Position numbers and translations under genes: made by a program. The notes under the pieces are model-generated. The model did not search any database and was not told the DNA's origin. It saw only the letters and a list, made by a program, of their open reading frames with translations. Below, piece after piece: positions 62,180 through 64,000 of a stretch of 64,000 nt of DNA; the first letter of the stretch is position 1, and every line of letters begins with the position of its first letter. Source of the stretch: Neoechinorhynchus agilis (taxonomy: Eukaryota; Animalia; Acanthocephala); contig CM121341.1 of the NCBI GenBank assembly GCA_051530055.1, positions 17,834,784 to 17,898,783 of the forward strand. Direction: 5' to 3'.

Positions 62180-63270
62180 CTATGAAGAACCATCGATCGC
62201 TCTTAGGTGCTATTCAACCATATAACGTTGCCACTTGATCGCAAAGGAAGTGATAGCTGTTATCAAAGATAACAAAGAGTGGATAGGGAGTTCCAGAAAT
62301 ATGAGGGTGTCCAGTCGATATTCACAATGTTTACGCAGACGTTATGTAAGCTGTGATGAAGGAACACCTACAAATTTTGCGAAATAGTGCCAGAAAAAAG
62401 GTGACATATTTGCGAATAGATTCCGATGCAAAACGTGTTCGATGTCCAGCAAGACGGATTTCCTTCGCTTTAAATAACAGTTAGAGGATGAGCGGGATCG
62501 ATTAGTTCGTCGTGGAGTATTAAAGCCTGTGGATAAAAGGATGATGTAGGTTAGGTTATATCAATTGTTATAATGAGAAAAAATGACGGATCCGTGAGAA
62601 TATGCAGCGATTTCCGGATGGCTATAAATCAGAACATAATAGAAGATCCATCTAAAACGTCAATGAACTTCTTAGTAAATTGAAGGAAGAAAAAATTGTT
62701 CGAATTGGGAAAATGATCCATCTAGATTTCGCAGGTGCAATCAAAGGGTGCATAGCTGTCGATGTGATGAACAAATGGTCGAGGTTTAAAATCTATATCG
62801 AAATGCGAAAAAGCCCGAAGTGTTGTAACGAGATTTCGTGAATGCTTTTCGAGAATAAGAACACCTCGGTGGGTGGTAATCGATAATGGGCCACGATTGT
62901 TAAGTGGAGAATTCGACGCATTTTGTTAAGAGCAAGGGATCATCACCTTAGATCGAATTTCTATCACTCGTAGTCTAATGGGTTAGCCCGACGATTTGTT
63001 GGTACATTTAAAAAGTGGACTCTGTCGCAGATTCGGTGTGGATGAAGCATGGTTGGGATTTCCTGAAAGCAAAAATAACCGGCCAGGCGCTCGCAGAACT
63101 GTTGATGGAACGGCGATTGAATGCTAAGTTGGATAATCTGAGGCCGATGTTGTGTTCAAATAATGACGCTAATAGCAGCCCATTTGGTGGGAGAAACCGC
63201 AAAACGATAAAGAGAGCTAATGACTGCTCGCCCGATAGCAAACCAGTGAAAACCCCGCTAGTACCTTAAG
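62180..63270 (+). mobile_element. Decayed Gypsy pol (RT N-terminus and integrase)
   Basis: GSVRICSDFRMAINQ, MIHLDFAG, VVIDNGP. Many stops. Confidence 0.7.
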
Positions 63271-63483
63271 AAATGAAAATCATTAGGAAGGAGATTTGTT
63301 ATATGTGTCAATCAATAATTACGGTATTTTCCATGAACGCATTTTCATAAAAATAGAGATGTTATGAGTATGTCTTCAGTTTTTTAAATATCGAGATCAA
63401 ACGATTAGGGTGTTTGGTAACTTTGCTTCTAAAAACGAAATGGTACGATAAACCAAAAATAGGAATTAAATCTGTTTTCAACA

Positions 63484-63572
63484 CGAAAAGGCCGAAAATT
63501 TTCAAGATAAATCTATTTCTGAATCAAACATCGCTAATTGAAATTGAAACTATAATGAATAATTTCTTTACA
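63484..63572 (-). repeat. Single arm of hairpin family M3
   Basis: gaaaattttcaagataaatctatttctgaatcaaacatcgctaattgaaattgaaactataatgaataatttctttaca. Confidence 0.85.
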
Positions 63573-63646
63573 AGAAATAAAACGTTATAAATCACAGAAT
63601 GGTACAATCAACACGGGGAAGGGAATGAAATGTTTAACAAGTAATT

Positions 63647-63820
63647 TCACTTCGAATCACGTTCAGCTTCAAACTTTTTCTTTTGCAGGTCGAGCATCAG
63701 ATCTCGCTCTGCTGTCTTCACATAATTGTCCAAATCATCAAGAGGTCTATAAATCCAATATACGAGCATATCACCTGCGATAAAACTTGAGAATAGAATA
63801 CTGTTGATCGGCGGTTCCAT
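63647..63820 (-). CDS. 57-aa small ORF, BRAWNIN/UQCC6 (Sloth2)-like mitochondrial complex III assembly microprotein
   Basis: MEPPINSILFSSFIAGDMLVYWIYRPLDDLDNYVKTAERDL... resembles, from memory, Drosophila Sloth2 SMMAGSQAVHLYYKPLEDLRVYIE. Below the ORF-track length cutoff. N-terminus may be spliced. Confidence 0.65.
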   Translation of the reverse strand: MEPPINSILFSSFIAGDMLVYWIYRPLDDLDNYVKTAERDLMLDLQKKKFEAERDSK

Positions 63821-63948
63821 TGGAAAGATCTTTTACACCGGAACCAACGATATAAACCACCACGCGATTATTTCTTAACATTAAATGATTTTTCCTTCCG
63901 TTTTATTTGCACTTCACGTTTCAAAAGTATCGGCTGTTCTTTCTCAAA

Positions 63949-63969
63949 ATGGCGGAAGAACTCTGCATG
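63949..63969 (+). CDS. Putative first coding exon (MAEELCM) of a gene continuing beyond the window
   Basis: Start context aaaATGGCGG followed by a phase-0 donor ATG|GTACGT. Confidence 0.4.
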
Positions 63970-64000
63970 GTACGTAAGAATTGTACGGCGGCGAAATTAT

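Overview
AT-rich nuclear DNA from an invertebrate metazoan (species not identifiable from this window). Most introns are short spliceosomal introns of about 40-55 nt. Host genes supported by recognisable motifs: WDR82/Swd2, a secreted LRR protein, a multi-exon protein with two tandem GPR158/179-type extracellular modules and no 7TM, TSR3, a USF-like bHLH, PEX19, a mucin-like type I membrane protein, a xylosyltransferase-like GT14, glucosidase II alpha (GANAB), and a 57-aa BRAWNIN/Sloth2-like small ORF missed by the ORF track. Between them lie decayed mobile elements (Penelope-like, L2/CR1-like, CRE-like, RTE, Gypsy, Helitron, hAT), several hairpin/MITE families, a ~710-nt tandem array and a ~93-nt satellite. 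Most notable: (1) three or four divergent intronless (b)HLH paralogs sharing a C-terminal extension, one with its basic region replaced (Id-like); (2) three housekeeping genes whose conserved frames cannot be joined well with GT/GC-AG sites; (3) a twister-ribozyme remnant at the exact 5' end of the RTE element. All assignments are by eye from remembered family motifs; no database searches were run.
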